From positions 2,170,001 through 2,234,000 of the forward strand of contig CM059432.1 in assembly GCA_030390025.1 (NCBI GenBank): DNA of 64,000 bases. The letters run 5' to 3'. This document shows, in pieces, positions 24,554-37,174 of this stretch. The notes under the pieces were generated by a model. The model was not told the DNA's origin and searched no databases. It saw nothing but the letters and a program-made list of their open reading frames with translations. Source of the stretch: Squalus acanthias. Taxonomy: Eukaryota. A program made the translations under genes and the position numbers. Position 1 is the stretch's first letter. Each line of letters starts with the position of its first letter.

Positions 24554-25600
24554 ACCCACTCCAGGGACTTGAGCACTAAAATCTAGGCTGACACTCCCAG
24601 TGTGGTGCTGAGGGAGCGTTGCACTGTCGGAGGGGCAGTACTGAGGGAGCGCCGCACTGTCAGAGGGGCAGTACTGAGGGAGTGCTGCACTGTCGGAGGG
24701 GCAGTACTGAGGGAGCACCGCACTGTGGGAGGGGCAGTACTGAGGGAGCGCCGCACTGTCGGAGGGGCAGTACTGAGGGAGCACCGCACTGTGGGAGGGG
24801 CAGTACTGAGGGAGTGCTGCACTGTCGGAGGGGCAGTACTGAGGGAACGCCGCACTGTCGGAGGGGCAGTACTGAGGGAGTGCTGCACTGTCGGAGGGGC
24901 AGTACTGAGGGAGCGCCGCACTGTCGGAGGGGCAGTACTGAGGGAGCGCAGCACTGTCGGAGGGGTCAGTACTGAGGGAGCGCCGCACTGTCGGAGGGGT
25001 CAGTACTGAGGGAGTGCTGCACTGTCGGAGGGGTCAGTACTGAGGGAGTGCTGCACTGTCGGAGGGGCAGTACTGAGGGAGTGCTGCACTGTCGGAGGGG
25101 CCGTCTTTCGGATGAGACATTAAACCGAGGCCTCATCTGCCCTCTCAGGTGGACGTAAAAGATCTCACAGCACTATTTCGAGGAAGAGCAGGGGGGTTAT
25201 CCCCGGTGTCCTGGAGCCAATATTTATCCCTCAATCAGCATTAGTTTCTCTAGTACTTTTTCTCTACTTATATTAATTACGTTAAGTTCCTCAACCTCAT
25301 TAGACCCTTGGTTCCCCACCATTTTTGGTATGCTTTTTGTGTCTTCTACTGTGAAGACAGATACAAACAGATATTGGAAGAAGAACAGTCCTGACCAATA
25401 TTTATTCCTTAACAAACGTCAGTAAAAAAAATTGATTATCTGGTCATCGCTGTTTGTGGGAGCTTGCTGTGCGCAACTCTGGCTGCCGTGTTTCCTACAT
25501 TACAACAGTGACTACACTTCAAAAAGTACTTCATTGGCCGTAAAGCGCTTTGGGACGTCCAGAGGACGTGAAAGGCGCTATATAAATGTAAGTCTTTCTT
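24554..25600 (+). mobile_element. DeuSINE with 33-bp VNTR and an embedded CR1 fragment
   Basis: SINE sequence flanks the array on both sides; CR1 piece at 25240-25375 (minus). Confidence 0.85.
24603..25100 (+). repeat. 33-bp minisatellite, about 15 units
   Basis: Unit CAGTACTGAGGGAGCGCCGCACTGTCGGAGGGG. Confidence 0.95.
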
Positions 25601-25813
25601 TCCTTGTCTCACTCCTCTTTTTCAATGACTATTAAAGCCACATATTACATGGAGGAGGAGGAGGAGGACGGGAAGAGTCGGAGAGGCTGTTTGGAGTTTG
25701 CAAGTCCAGAGGCAGATGGTGATCGTAACTCCCAATGGGCTGTAGTAGTTTGAGGGATGGATTTCAGCCCTGACTGGTGAAATTTGTCCCAAATCTGAAA
25801 CATTTAGATGAAT

Positions 25814-26725
25814 ACTGGGGCCCCTGCTCTTTTTGATATATATTAATGATCTGGACCTGGGTATTGGGGGCAAAATTTCAAAAGTTTACAGGTGACACAA
25901 AGCTTGGAAATATAGAAAACAGTGAGGAGGCCAGTAACAGACATAGACAGACCGGTGAAATGGGCAGGCACACGGTCGATGAAATTCAATGCAGAGAGGT
26001 GTGAAGTGACGCACTTTGGAACAATGAGGAGGCACGATTTTAAAGGGGGTGCAGGAACAGAGAGACCTGGGGGTGAATGTGCACAAATCTATGAAGGTGG
26101 CAGGACAGGTTGATCAGGCTGTTTAAAAAAAACAAAGGGGATCCTTGGCTTTATAATCAGAAGCATAGAGTACAAAAGCAAAGAACTTATGGTATAGTTT
26201 TAAGAACATAAGAATTAGGAGCAGGAGTCGGCCACACGGCCCCTCGAGCCTGCTCCGCCACACGGCCCCTCGAGCCTGCTCCGCCACACAGCCCCTCGAG
26301 CCTGCTCCGCCACACGGCCCCTCGAGCCTGCTCCGCCACACGGCCCCTCGAGCCTGCTCCGCCATTCAATAAGATCATGGCTGATCTTCGACCTCAACTC
26401 CACTTTCCCGCCCGATCTCCGTATCCAAAGATTCACAACCTTCTGAGTGAAGAAATTCCTCCTCATCTCAGTCCTTAAATGGCTGACCCCTTTTCCTGAG
26501 ACTGTGCCCCCTGGTTCTAGGCTCTCCAGCCAGGAGAAACATCCTCTCAGCATCTACCCTGTCAATCCCTGTAAGAATTTTATACGTTATGAATCAGTGG
26601 TTAGGCCTCAGCTGGAGTATTGCGCCCAATTCTGAGCGATCCACTTTGGGAAGGATGTCAAGGCCTTGGCGAGGTTGCGCCAGTTACAGGAATGGTACCA
26701 GGGATGAGGGAATTCAGTTATGTAG
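25814..26725. mobile_element. Older plus-strand CR1 interrupted by a minus-strand CR1 (26200-26590)
   Basis: Degenerate RT region (LGPLLFLIYINDLD) resumes as VRPQLEYCAQF after the insert. Confidence 0.8.
26231..26364 (+). repeat. 26-bp tandem repeat x5 derived from the CR1 3' UTR
   Basis: GCCACACGGCCCCTCGAGCCTGCTCC units. Confidence 0.95.
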
Positions 26726-26744
26726 CCTCCTTCTGCGATGTATG

Positions 26745-27172
26745 AAAAGAAAGACAGACTTGCATTTCTACGGCGTCTTTCACAACCTCAGGACGTCCCA
26801 AAGCACTTTACAGCCGATGAAGTACTTTTTTGAAGTGCAGTCACTGTTGTAATGTAGGAAACGCGGCAGACAATTTGCGCACAGCAAGCTCCCGCAAACA
26901 GTGATGTTGATTGAGGGATAAATTTTGGCCCCAGGAAGAACTCTCTCTGCTCTTCTTCAAAATAGTGGCCGTGGGATATTTTACATCCACCCGAGGGAGC
27001 AGACGGGGCCTCGGTTTAACGTCTCATCCGAAAGACGGCACCTCCGACAGTGCAGCCCTCCCTCAGCACTGCACTGCGAGCGTCAGCCTAGCTTTCTGTC
27101 CCTGGAGTGGGACTTGAACCCACAACCTTCTGACTCAGAAGTGAGGCTTCTACCCACTGAGCCCCGGCTGAC
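26745..27172 (-). mobile_element. DeuSINE
   Basis: Head, core and tail with small deletions. Confidence 0.88.
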
Positions 27173-27596
27173 CCTGTGAGCTAGGATTTAGATGGGCTTC
27201 CGTGCTCACAAACCACAGACCTCTCCCCTCACCAGGAAACCTTTCAGCTCACTTTTTGTAATTTATATTACACTCCAATGGTTTTGCAATAAAGAATTTG
27301 GCACTTTAACGGCCTAGAAATGAAACTAGTTTTAATTTAAAGATCTACATAATAAAAAGGCTCGGTTTTTCATGCTGACTAAAAGGCTCGGTTATGAAGT
27401 AATAATCCGAGTCCAGTATTGCTGGGGACAAGCGGTTTTCCACGGAGATAAATTGGCCATTTATCTGAAGGCGTCCCTTAAAATCAGCCCTTTCCGTAGA
27501 CAGACCCTGTATAATTGTCTTCCACATTATAGGCCCGGAGTTTAACTCCAGTGAGACTCATGCAGGGGGAGAAAGAAAGCAAGACAAGCACGCAAA

Positions 27597-28045
27597 GACA
27601 GACTTGCATTTCTATAGCGCCTTTCACAACCTCAGGGCATCTCAAAGCGCTTTACAGCCAATGAAGTACTTTTTGAAGTGTAGTCACTGTTGTAATGTAG
27701 GAAACGCAGCAGCCAATATGCGCACAGCAAGCTCCCACAAACAGCAATGTGATAATGACCAGATCATGTTTTAATGATGTTGATTGAGGGATAAATATTG
27801 GCCCCAGCACACTGGGGACAACTCTCCTGCTCTTCTTCGAAATAGTGGCCATAGGATCTTTTATGTCCAGCTGACAGGGCAGACGCGGCCTCGGTTTAAC
27901 GTCTCCTCCAAAGGACGGCACCTCCCTCAGCACTGCACTGGAGTGTCAGCCTAGATTTTTGTGCTCAAGTCTCTGGAGTGGGACTTGAACCCACAACCTT
28001 TCTGACTCAGAGGGGAGGGTGTGACCTACTGAGCCAAGGCTGACG
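27597..28045 (-). mobile_element. DeuSINE
   Basis: Head, core and tail. Confidence 0.88.
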
Positions 28046-28156
28046 CTGCGGGCTGAGGGGGCGGGATCGGGAGGGGCAAGGTGTGGAGGAACCCATCCGT
28101 ACCCCCTCCCTTCCTCGAATCTTGAGAGCTGGGTGATTTTAACTCCTGAGAGTTTG

Positions 28157-28691
28157 GGGGGTGATTTTAACCCCACTCGCTCAGCAGAAGCCTGGCGGGC
28201 GGGCATTAAAAATCGCCCTGGCTCTTACCTGTCAGGAAATTCCTCCTCATCTCGGTCTTAAATGGCCGCCCCCTTATCCTGAGACTGTGCCCCCTAGTTC
28301 TAGACTCTCCAGCCAGGGGGAAACAGCCTCTCAGCATCTACCCTGTCACGGAAGGGACAAGCAGTCCTGCTCCTCATGGCCCACAAGGAGTTCTGCCAAA
28401 AGTAGTCCTTTAAAACTTACCTTGGCCTCTTCCGGCCGTTGGCTCTGCTGTCAGGACTCCCCCCTGACTGGACATTAAGAACACGTCGCGGCACCGAATG
28501 TTAAGCAGGTGCCCGCCTGCCCGTCACAGGAGCCTCGGCCAACTAGAAACTCATCACAGATTAAAATGGCGTCGGGCGGGTAGGGAGCGGCCTCTTGCCT
28601 GGGAAGTCGACCGGATTTTAATCCTCCCACCCCTCCCCCGCTTCTCCCACGCACCATTCTCACTGGGCCTGGTTGGGTTAAAATCGAGGCC
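28157..28691. mobile_element. Probable Harbinger-like non-autonomous element containing a CR1 fragment (28235-28347)
   Basis: TIR core GATTTTAACCC / GGGTTAAAATC. Confidence 0.5.
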
Positions 28692-28985
28692 AGGCCTCAG
28701 TCTGGTAAACAGGCCTCAATATTGCCATATTTGGTCTCAATTCTCTCCATAGGTTTAACCGGATCCCCAAAAGTATTCTTCCCGTCATCACTGCCTCCTT
28801 CCATTCAAGTGGCCGCAATGCATTCCTCCAGCACCATCAATAACTGGCATTTAAACAATAGTTCAACCGCAAGAAGCTGTCCCAAAGCCATTCACCAAGG
28901 CACCAATTGAATAAAATAGTTTTGCTGGAGTCAAACACTCTGATAAAATAACTGCAGGTTAATCAATACCAATACCTTTTGATCG

Positions 28986-29477
28986 ACTGCCCGTGTCCTA
29001 ACTCGCACCAAGTCCCGTTCGCCCATAACCCCCTGTGCTCGCTGACCTACATTGGCTCCCGGTTAAGCAGCGCCTCGATTTTAAAATTCTCATCCTCCAT
29101 TTTCAAATCCCTCCACGGCCTCGCCCCTCCCTATCTCTGTAATCTCCTCCAGCCCCACAACCCCCCCGAGATATCTGCGCTCCTCTAATTCTGCCCTCTT
29201 GAGCATCCCTGATTATCATCGCTCCACCATTGGCGGCCGTGCCTTCAGCTGCCTGGGCCCAAAGCTCTGGAATTCCCTGCCTAAACCTCTCCGCCTCTCT
29301 TTCCTCCTTTAAGACGCTCCTTAAAACCGACCTCTTTGACCAAGCTTTTGGTCACCTGTCCTAATATCTCATGTGGCTCAGTGTCAAATTTTGTGTCTTA
29401 AAATACTCCTGTGAAGCGCCTTGGGACGTTTTACTACGTTAAAGGCGCTATATAAATACAAGTTGGTGTTGTTGTTG
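28986..29477 (+). mobile_element. L2-type LINE 3' fragment
   Basis: CTACATTGGCTCCCGG (LHWLP)..FKSLHGLAPPYL; tail. Confidence 0.9.
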
Positions 29478-29725
29478 ATACAGAAGAACTGTAAAAGGGT
29501 TTACATTATTCGGTACGCAGCTTTGCTGTTTTAAGGCCTACCTTGATTAATTATTAACCATGAATAAATATCAATATTCAATATTTCATAAACCTAAGAT
29601 TGTTTATGGCAGACTTTGAAATTAACTACTCATCGTCAATTTCCATCAAAGCCCAATCTCAGTCGAGATATTTGGTATATTTTAATGAATTTGCTCTGTA
29701 TATGATATATCAGAATTGGTTTGCT

Positions 29726-30085
29726 GAACATAAGAATATAAGAATTAGGAGCAGGAGTCGGCCACACGGCCCCTCGAGCCTGCTCCGCCATTCAATAAGA
29801 TCATGGCTGATCTTCCACCTCAACTCCACTTTCCTGCTCAATCTCCATATCCCATGATTCCCTTAGTTTCCGAAAATCAATCGATCTCAGCCTTGAATAT
29901 ATTCATCAACTGAGAATTCACAGCCCACTGGGGCAGAGAATTCCAAAGATTCACAACCCTGAGTGAAGAAATTCTTCCTCATCTCAGTCCTAAATGGCCG
30001 ACCCCTTATCCTGAGACTCTGCCCCCTGGTTCTAGACTCTCCAGCCAGGGGAAACAGCATCTCAGCATCTACGCTGTCAAGCCCC
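29726..30085 (-). mobile_element. CR1 3' fragment
   Basis: Matches the 20433 subfamily. Confidence 0.88.
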
Positions 30086-30264
30086 CATCAAACCTAGAGA
30101 AGAGAATTGGTTTGTAAAGCAGAGGTTTTTAATATAGCCTTCACGTTATTCTTTTGGGAGGCTCTCTCAGTGGTTCTGCAGATATATGCATTGCCGAATG
30201 CGATATGAAACCATACCAAAACAAGCGTTAACACTCCTTGGAAAATAAGAGTTTAAATCGGGCC

Positions 30265-30945
30265 GAGGATCAGAGAGATCTGGGGGTACAGATTCGCAAA
30301 TCATTAAAAGTAGCGACGCAGGTTAGCGAGGCCATAAAAATGTAAACTAAGCATTGGGGTTCATTTCTAGAGTAGAATTGAAAAGCAGAGAGGTTATGTT
30401 AAACTTGCATGGAACCTTGGTTAGACCACACTGGTTAGACCACACTAAGTACACAGTTCTGGTCTCCATATCGCAAAAAGGATATAGAGGCACTCGAGAA
30501 CGTGCAAAGAAGATTTACATGCATGATATCAGAACTGAGAGGTTACACATATCAGGAAAGACTGAACAGGCTGGGGCTCTTTTCTCCAGAAAAGAGAAGA
30601 CTGAGGGGTGACCTGATAGAATGGGGTTCGATAGGGTAGACATTAAGAGGATGTTTCCACTTGTGGGGGGGACCAAAACCAGGGGCCATCAATATAAGAC
30701 AGTCAATAATAAATCCAACAGGGAATTCAGGAGAGACTCCTTTAGCCAGAGAGTGGTGAGAATGTGGAACTCGCTCCCACAGGGAGTGGTTGGAGGAGAT
30801 TGGTATAGGTGCAACTAAGGGGAAGCTGGATAAGTAGGTGAGGGAGAAAGGAATAGCGGGTTCTGCTGATATGGAGTAGGATGGGAGGAGGCTCGTGTGG
30901 AGCACAAACACCGGCACAGACCCACCGGTTCCGTGCTGTAAATTC
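30265..30945 (+). mobile_element. CR1 3' fragment (diverged)
   Basis: TRGHQYK..QRVVRMWNSLPQ. Confidence 0.85.
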
Positions 30946-31116
30946 CACGTGACTCATCTCAAGCTCCGTGGTTGTTGAGCAATGGCCCACAATGTTACCA
31001 AGACTAGAGATGGGCCGGGCAAGATTCAGCGACAGTTCCTGCTTCCGAATTGCAATCCAGTGACTCGACTGAAAATGTCCATACGTAGATGCCGGGCAAA
31101 GATAGGATTGGACCAA

Positions 31117-31329
31117 AAACAGAAAATGCTGAAAATACTCAGCAGGTCAGGTAGCATCTGTGGAGAGAGAGAAACAGAGTTAACGTTTCAGGTCGATGAC
31201 CCTTCGTCAGAACTGAAACGTTAACTCTGTTTCTCTCTCTCCACAAATGCTGCCTGACCTGCTGAGTATTTCCAGCATCTTCTGTTTTTATTTCAGATTT
31301 CCAGCATCCGCAGTATTTTGCTTTTGTAT
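31117..31329. mobile_element. Penelope-like inverted pLTR pair (family 2)
   Basis: Arms of about 75 bp; TSD TAGGATTGGACCAA at 31103-31116 and 31330-31343. Confidence 0.78.
31178..31214 (-). ncRNA. Minimal hammerhead ribozyme motif
   Basis: AGUU-CUGACGA-A-GGGUC auc GACCU-GAAA-CG-UU-AACU. Confidence 0.68.
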
Positions 31330-31490
31330 TAGGATTGGACCAACCTCGGCTCTGATTATCCCCACAGCTGAACAGCCTACTATCTAGGCCCAAGCGAGAA
31401 AAATAGACACTTGGGTGAGGTACCAGAAGGTTGTAGGTGCCCTTGGAGCCTGACTGAAGTAGGAGACACTACCTTCCAGTGAAGATTAAA

Positions 31491-31840
31491 GAATCAGAGA
31501 ATCATGCAGCACAGAAGGAGGCCACGTGTCCGTGCCGACTCTTTGAAAGAGCTCTCCAATTAGTCCCACTCCCCCCTGCTCTTTCCCTATAGCCCTTCAA
31601 AAATGTTTCTTTTTCAAGTATTTATCCAATTCCCTTTTTGAAAGTTACGATTGAATCTGCTTCCACCGGGCAGCGCATTCCAGATCACAACAACTCGCTG
31701 AGTAAAGAAAATAAATTGTCCTCCTCTCTCCCTCTGGCTCTTTTGCCAATTATCTTCAATCTGTGTCCTCTGGTTACCGACCCTCCTACCAGTGGAAACA
31801 GTTTCTCCCCATCTACTCCATCCAAACCCCTCATGATTTT
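31491..31840 (-). mobile_element. CR1 3' fragment
   Basis: Matches the 4975 subfamily. Confidence 0.82.
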
Positions 31841-32056
31841 TTATAAGTTTTTAAAAGGAAAGCTCCATTTTTTCAATTCGATAAACCAAGCTGAATTCCT
31901 GGACCGCCCACTCAGTGTTGGAAAAGTTCTGGATTTCCATTTCTACACAAAGGCCAAAAGCCCACTTGGCAGCTACAGCAAGTTCTTTGCTGAAGTAAAA
32001 TGGACGTAACATAAATCCAACTTACCAACGATTACGTTAATCGAAACAACACGAGT

Positions 32057-32665
32057 TCAAAAGAGAAGCTGTGTCAAACTTGTGTCGAACCTTGGTTAGA
32101 CCGCACTCGGAGCACTGTGCACAGTTCTGGTCTCCATATTACAAAAGGGAATATTAGAGGCACTGGAGATGGTGCAAAAAAGATTTACAAGCATGATATC
32201 AGAACTGAGAGGTTATAGCTATCAGGAAAGGCTGCACAGGCTGGGGCTCTTTTCTCCAGAAAAGAGAAGAGAAGGTGACCTGATAGAGGTCTTTAAAATT
32301 ATGAAGGGGTTCGATAGGGTAGACGTAGAGAAGATGTTTCCACTTGTGGGGGAGACCAGAACTAGGGGTCATCAATATAAGATAGTCACTAATAAATCCA
32401 ATAGGGAATTCAGGAGAAACTTCTTTACCCAGAGAGTGGTGAGAATGTGGAACTCGCTACCACAGGGAGTGGTTGAGGCGAATAGTATAGATGCATTTAA
32501 GGGGAAGCTGGATAAGCACATGAGGGAGAAAGGAATAGAAGGATATGGTGATGGGGTGAAATGAAGAGGGGTGGGAGGAGGCTCGTGTGGAGCAGAAACA
32601 CCGGCACGGACCAGTTGGGCCGAATGGCCTGTTTCTGAGCTGTAAAATTCGAAGTAATTCTGTGT
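32057..32665 (+). mobile_element. CR1-type LINE 3' fragment
   Basis: ORF 32169-32564. Confidence 0.9.
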
Positions 32666-33189
32666 ACTATCTCACAGTTGAGAGGAAAGTCTGAACGTGG
32701 TGAGGTGGCTGACATATAACAACCTGCTCTGGTTGAAGGAAAAACCTGGGCAGTTTAGAGTGCTTGACGAAACGTGGGTTGCACCCTGTTTCTGGGGAGG
32801 AAAGCTCCACTGCCAGAAGAACAGGTTCGCAAATGAGAACCCAACGTTTTTTTTTTGTTCTATCTGTCACTGTGTTAAACATCTGCGGAGATGTGGAGTT
32901 TGCTTGTTCTGGGATGAGATGAAGGCAGCTGACAGGAGCAGGCCATCCAAGCAGTGAGAGCACACCTGCAGACAATGAAAACACTGTGCGTGCAGCCCCG
33001 GCAAAGTGTTTACATGCCCTACACGCATCAGCGAGCACAGAGACTACTCCACATCGAGCGAGCCCAGGAACACCATCCAGAGAAACGTCAACATCCAGGG
33101 TTTTTTTTTTTAGCTAAATGGTCAGAATGAAGTACGGGTATCGATGTGGTCTGGAGAATGTTTTGGATTCAGTCTAAAATAATAAATAT

Positions 33190-35327
33190 CTTGCATTTCT
33201 ACAGCACCTTTCACGACCTCAGGACGTCCCAAAGCGCTTTACAGCCAATGAAGCACTTTTTGGAGTGTGGTCCCTGTTGTAATGTTGGAAACGCGGCAGC
33301 CAAGTTGCGCACAGCAAGCTCCCACAAACAGTAATGTGATAATGGCCAGATCATCTGTTTTTTTTAGTGCTGTTGGTTGAGGGATTAATATTGGCCCCAG
33401 GACACCAGGGAGAACTCCCCCTGCTCTTCTTCCCATATCTGTTTGTATTTGTCTTCACAGTAGAAGACACAAAAAGCATACCAAAAATGGTGGGGAACCG
33501 AGGGTCTAATGAGGGTGAGGAACTTAACGTAATTAATATAAGTAGAGAAAAAGTACTAGAGAAACTAATGAGACTAAAAGCCGACAAATCCCCAGGACCT
33601 GACGGCCTACATCCTAGGGTTCTAAAAGAGGTGGCTGAAGAGATAGTGGATGCACTGGTTTTGATCTTCCAAAATTCCCTAGATTCTAGAACGGTCCCCA
33701 GGGATTGGAAGGTCGCAAATGTAACACCGCTATTCAAGAAAGGAGGGAGAGAGAAAACAGGGAACTACAGGCCAGTTAGCCTGACATCAGTCATCAGGAA
33801 AATGCTGGAATCCATTGTTGAGGAAATGGTATCAGGGCACTTAGAAAATCATAACATGATTAGGCAGAGTCAACATCGTTTTATGAAAGGGAAATCGTGT
33901 TTGACAAATTTATTAGCGTTTTTTGAGGCTGTAACTTGCAGGGTAGATAAAGGGGAACCAGTGGATGTAGTATATTTAGATTTCCAAAAGGCATTCGATA
34001 AAGTGCCACATAAAAAGTTATTACACAAGATAAGGGCTCATGGGGTTGACGGTAATATAGTAGCATGGATAGAGGATTGGTTAACGGACAGAAAACAGAG
34101 AGTAGGGATAAACGGGTCTTTTTCGGGTTGGCAGGCTTTAACTGGTGGGGTGCCGCAAGGATCAGTGCTGGGGCCTCAGCTATTTACAATCTATATTAAT
34201 GACCCAGATAAAGGGACCGAGTGTAATGTATCCAAGTTTGCTGACGATACAAAGCTAGGTGGGACAGTAAGCTGTGAGGAGAACACAAAGAATCAGCAAA
34301 GGGATATAGATAGACTTAGTGAGTGAGTAGATAGGTGGCAGATGGAGTATAATGTAGGGAAATGTGAGGTTATTCACTTTGGTAGGAAGAATAGAAAAAC
34401 AGAATATTTTTTAAATGGTGAGAAACTTTCAAATGTTGGTGTTCAGAGAGATTTGGGTGTCCTCGTGCAAGAAACACAGAAAGCTAGCATGCAGATACAG
34501 CAAGCAATAAGGAAGGCAAATGGCATGTTGGCCTTTATTGCAAGGGGGTTGGAGTATAAGAGTAAGGAAGTCTTGCTACATTGTACAGGGCCTTGGTGAG
34601 ACCACACCTGGAGTACTGTGCACAGTTTTGGTCTCCTTATCTAAGGAAGGATATACTTGCCTTGGAGGCGGTGCAACGAAGGTTCACTAGATTGATTCCT
34701 GGGATGAGAGGGCTGTCCTATGATGAGAGATTGAGTAGAATGGGCCTATACTCTCTGGAGTTTAGAAGAATGAGAGGTGATCTCATTGAAACATACAAGA
34801 TTCTGAGGGGGATTGACAGGGTAGATGCTGAGAGGTTGTTTCCCCCTGGCTGGACTGTCTAGAACTAGGGGGCACAGTCTCAGGATAAGGGGTCGGCCAT
34901 TTAAGACTGAGATGAGGAGGAATTTCTTCACTCAGAGGGTTGTGAATCTTTGGAATTCTCTGCCCCAGAGTGCTGTGGATGCTGAGTCTTTGAGTATATT
35001 CAAGGCTGAGATCGATAGATTTTTGGACTCTAGGGGAATCAAGGGATATGGAGATCGGGCGGGAAAGTGGAGTTGAGGTCAAAGATCAGCCATGATCTTG
35101 TTAAATGGCGGAGCAGGCTCGAGGGGCCGTATGGCCGACTCCTGCTCCTAATTCTTATGTTCTTATAGTGGCCGTGGGATCTTTTCCACCCACCTGAGAG
35201 GGCAGACGGGGCCTCGCTTTAATTTCTCATCTGAAAGATGGCATCTCCGACAGTGCGGCGCTCCCTCAGTACTGCCCCTCCGACAGTGCAGCGCTCCCTC
35301 AGTCCTGCCCCTCCGACAGTGCAGCAC
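33190..35327 (-). mobile_element. DeuSINE split by a CR1 insertion (33190-33433 and 35164-35327), ending in the VNTR at the gap
   Basis: SINE breaks at CTGCTCTTCTTC and resumes at ATAGTGGCCGTGGGATC. Confidence 0.8.
33434..35165 (+). pseudogene. CR1 LINE ORF2 reverse transcriptase, 5'-truncated and disabled
   Basis: RT motifs KSPGPDG, NYRPVSLTS, YLDFQKAFDKVPH, GVPQGSVLGP, KFADDTKL; stop at 34324-34326; frameshifts near 34581 and 34845; intact 3' UTR. Confidence 0.95.
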
Positions 35328-35827
35328 NNNNNNNNNNNNNNNNNNNNNNNNNNNNNNNNNNNNNNNNNNNNNNNNNNNNNNNNNNNNNNNNNNNNNNNNN
35401 NNNNNNNNNNNNNNNNNNNNNNNNNNNNNNNNNNNNNNNNNNNNNNNNNNNNNNNNNNNNNNNNNNNNNNNNNNNNNNNNNNNNNNNNNNNNNNNNNNNN
35501 NNNNNNNNNNNNNNNNNNNNNNNNNNNNNNNNNNNNNNNNNNNNNNNNNNNNNNNNNNNNNNNNNNNNNNNNNNNNNNNNNNNNNNNNNNNNNNNNNNNN
35601 NNNNNNNNNNNNNNNNNNNNNNNNNNNNNNNNNNNNNNNNNNNNNNNNNNNNNNNNNNNNNNNNNNNNNNNNNNNNNNNNNNNNNNNNNNNNNNNNNNNN
35701 NNNNNNNNNNNNNNNNNNNNNNNNNNNNNNNNNNNNNNNNNNNNNNNNNNNNNNNNNNNNNNNNNNNNNNNNNNNNNNNNNNNNNNNNNNNNNNNNNNNN
35801 NNNNNNNNNNNNNNNNNNNNNNNNNNN
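35328..35827. other. Assembly gap (500 N)
   Basis: Run of N. Confidence 1.
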
Positions 35828-36671
35828 CCCCCCCCCCCCCCTACATAAACGTCAAGTTGTCATAAGAACATAAGAAATAGGAGCAGGAGTCGGCCACTCG
35901 GCCCCTGGAGCCTGCTCCGCCATTCAATGAGATCACGGCTGATCTTCTGCCTCAACTCCACCTTCCCGCCCGATCTCCGCATCCCTTGATAAGAAACAGG
36001 AGCAGGAGTAGGGAGCAGGGAAATACTACCCAGAAGATTATTTTTATTTTTTGAAAGATGTGCTTCCCCACACAGGCCAAAAAAAGCTAATGTTCAAGAC
36101 GCCACATAATTGAAGAGCGTGCCACATCTTTTGCTTGCTGAGCTTGATTTATTTCCACACTGGGCAAGCTGCTACTGCATTTGGCCACAAGGATCAATGC
36201 AGTTGCCAACCTTGGTCGGGGTTTGGTCCAAAAAGTACATTTTGATTTTTTTTTTCTCTGGGATTTAGTTAAAAGCGTTGGGATTCCTTCCTGCCCAGTC
36301 CACACGCTGCTGATATGGATGTGTCACCAGTTCCTCTCCAGCACTGTTGCCGCAGCTCCTGATCCAAGCCAAACCCACCCAACCAATGAACCATCTTCAC
36401 AAATAAACAGAGCGCTGAAGGAAAGGAATGTTCAGGGAATACTGCGAACGGGGGTTGGGAAGGGGGGGGGGGGGGAAGTCACAGCCTTCCCGAAATCCTG
36501 AAAGCTGGCTTCAAGAGAAGGTGGGAGGTGGGTGAGTCAGAGCAGGCTGTGAATTCAACACAGTGTACAGGCTGATGCACCAGAACACCAAACAATTTTT
36601 GCATAAGTATCTTTTCGCATCTAATTTTTCTTTTTACACTTGACAGGATCAGAGAGTAATTGAACATGCCC

Positions 36672-37122
36672 TTGACTATTCCAACGCACTCCTGGCTGGC
36701 CTCCCACGTTCTACCGTGCGTAAACTTGGTCATTCAAAACTCTGCTGCCCGTGTCCTAACTCGAACCAAGTCCGGTTCACCCATCACCCCAGTGCTCACT
36801 GACCTACATTGGATCCTGGTCCGGCAACGCCTCGATTTTAAAATTCTCATCCTTGTGTTCAAATCCCTCCATGGCCTCACCACTTCCTATCTCTGTAATC
36901 TCCTCAGCCCTAAGCTCTGGAATTCCCTCCCTAAACCTCTCCGCCTCTCTACCTCTCTCTCCTCCTTTAAGACGCTTCTTAAAACCTACCTCTTTGACTA
37001 AGCTTTTGGTTACCTGATGTAATGACTCCTTATGTGGTTTTATAATCGCTCCTGTGAAGCGCTTTGGGATGTTTTACTATGTTAAAGGCGCTATATAAAT
37101 ACAAATTGTTGTTGTTGTTGTT
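36672..37122 (+). mobile_element. L2-type LINE 3' fragment with internal deletion
   Basis: IQNSAARVLTRTK..PITPVLTDLHW..LWNSLP. Confidence 0.9.
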
Positions 37123-37174
37123 GATAACGACAGGATTAATGAAATACTGCAGCATCGAGACTCTCAATGTTTCT

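Noticed and set aside
33367..34326. Functional reverse transcriptase gene
   Set aside because: The N-terminus is antisense SINE sequence, there is no endonuclease domain, and a premature stop and frameshifts follow
35238..35873. 211-aa ORF
   Set aside because: Spans the N gap
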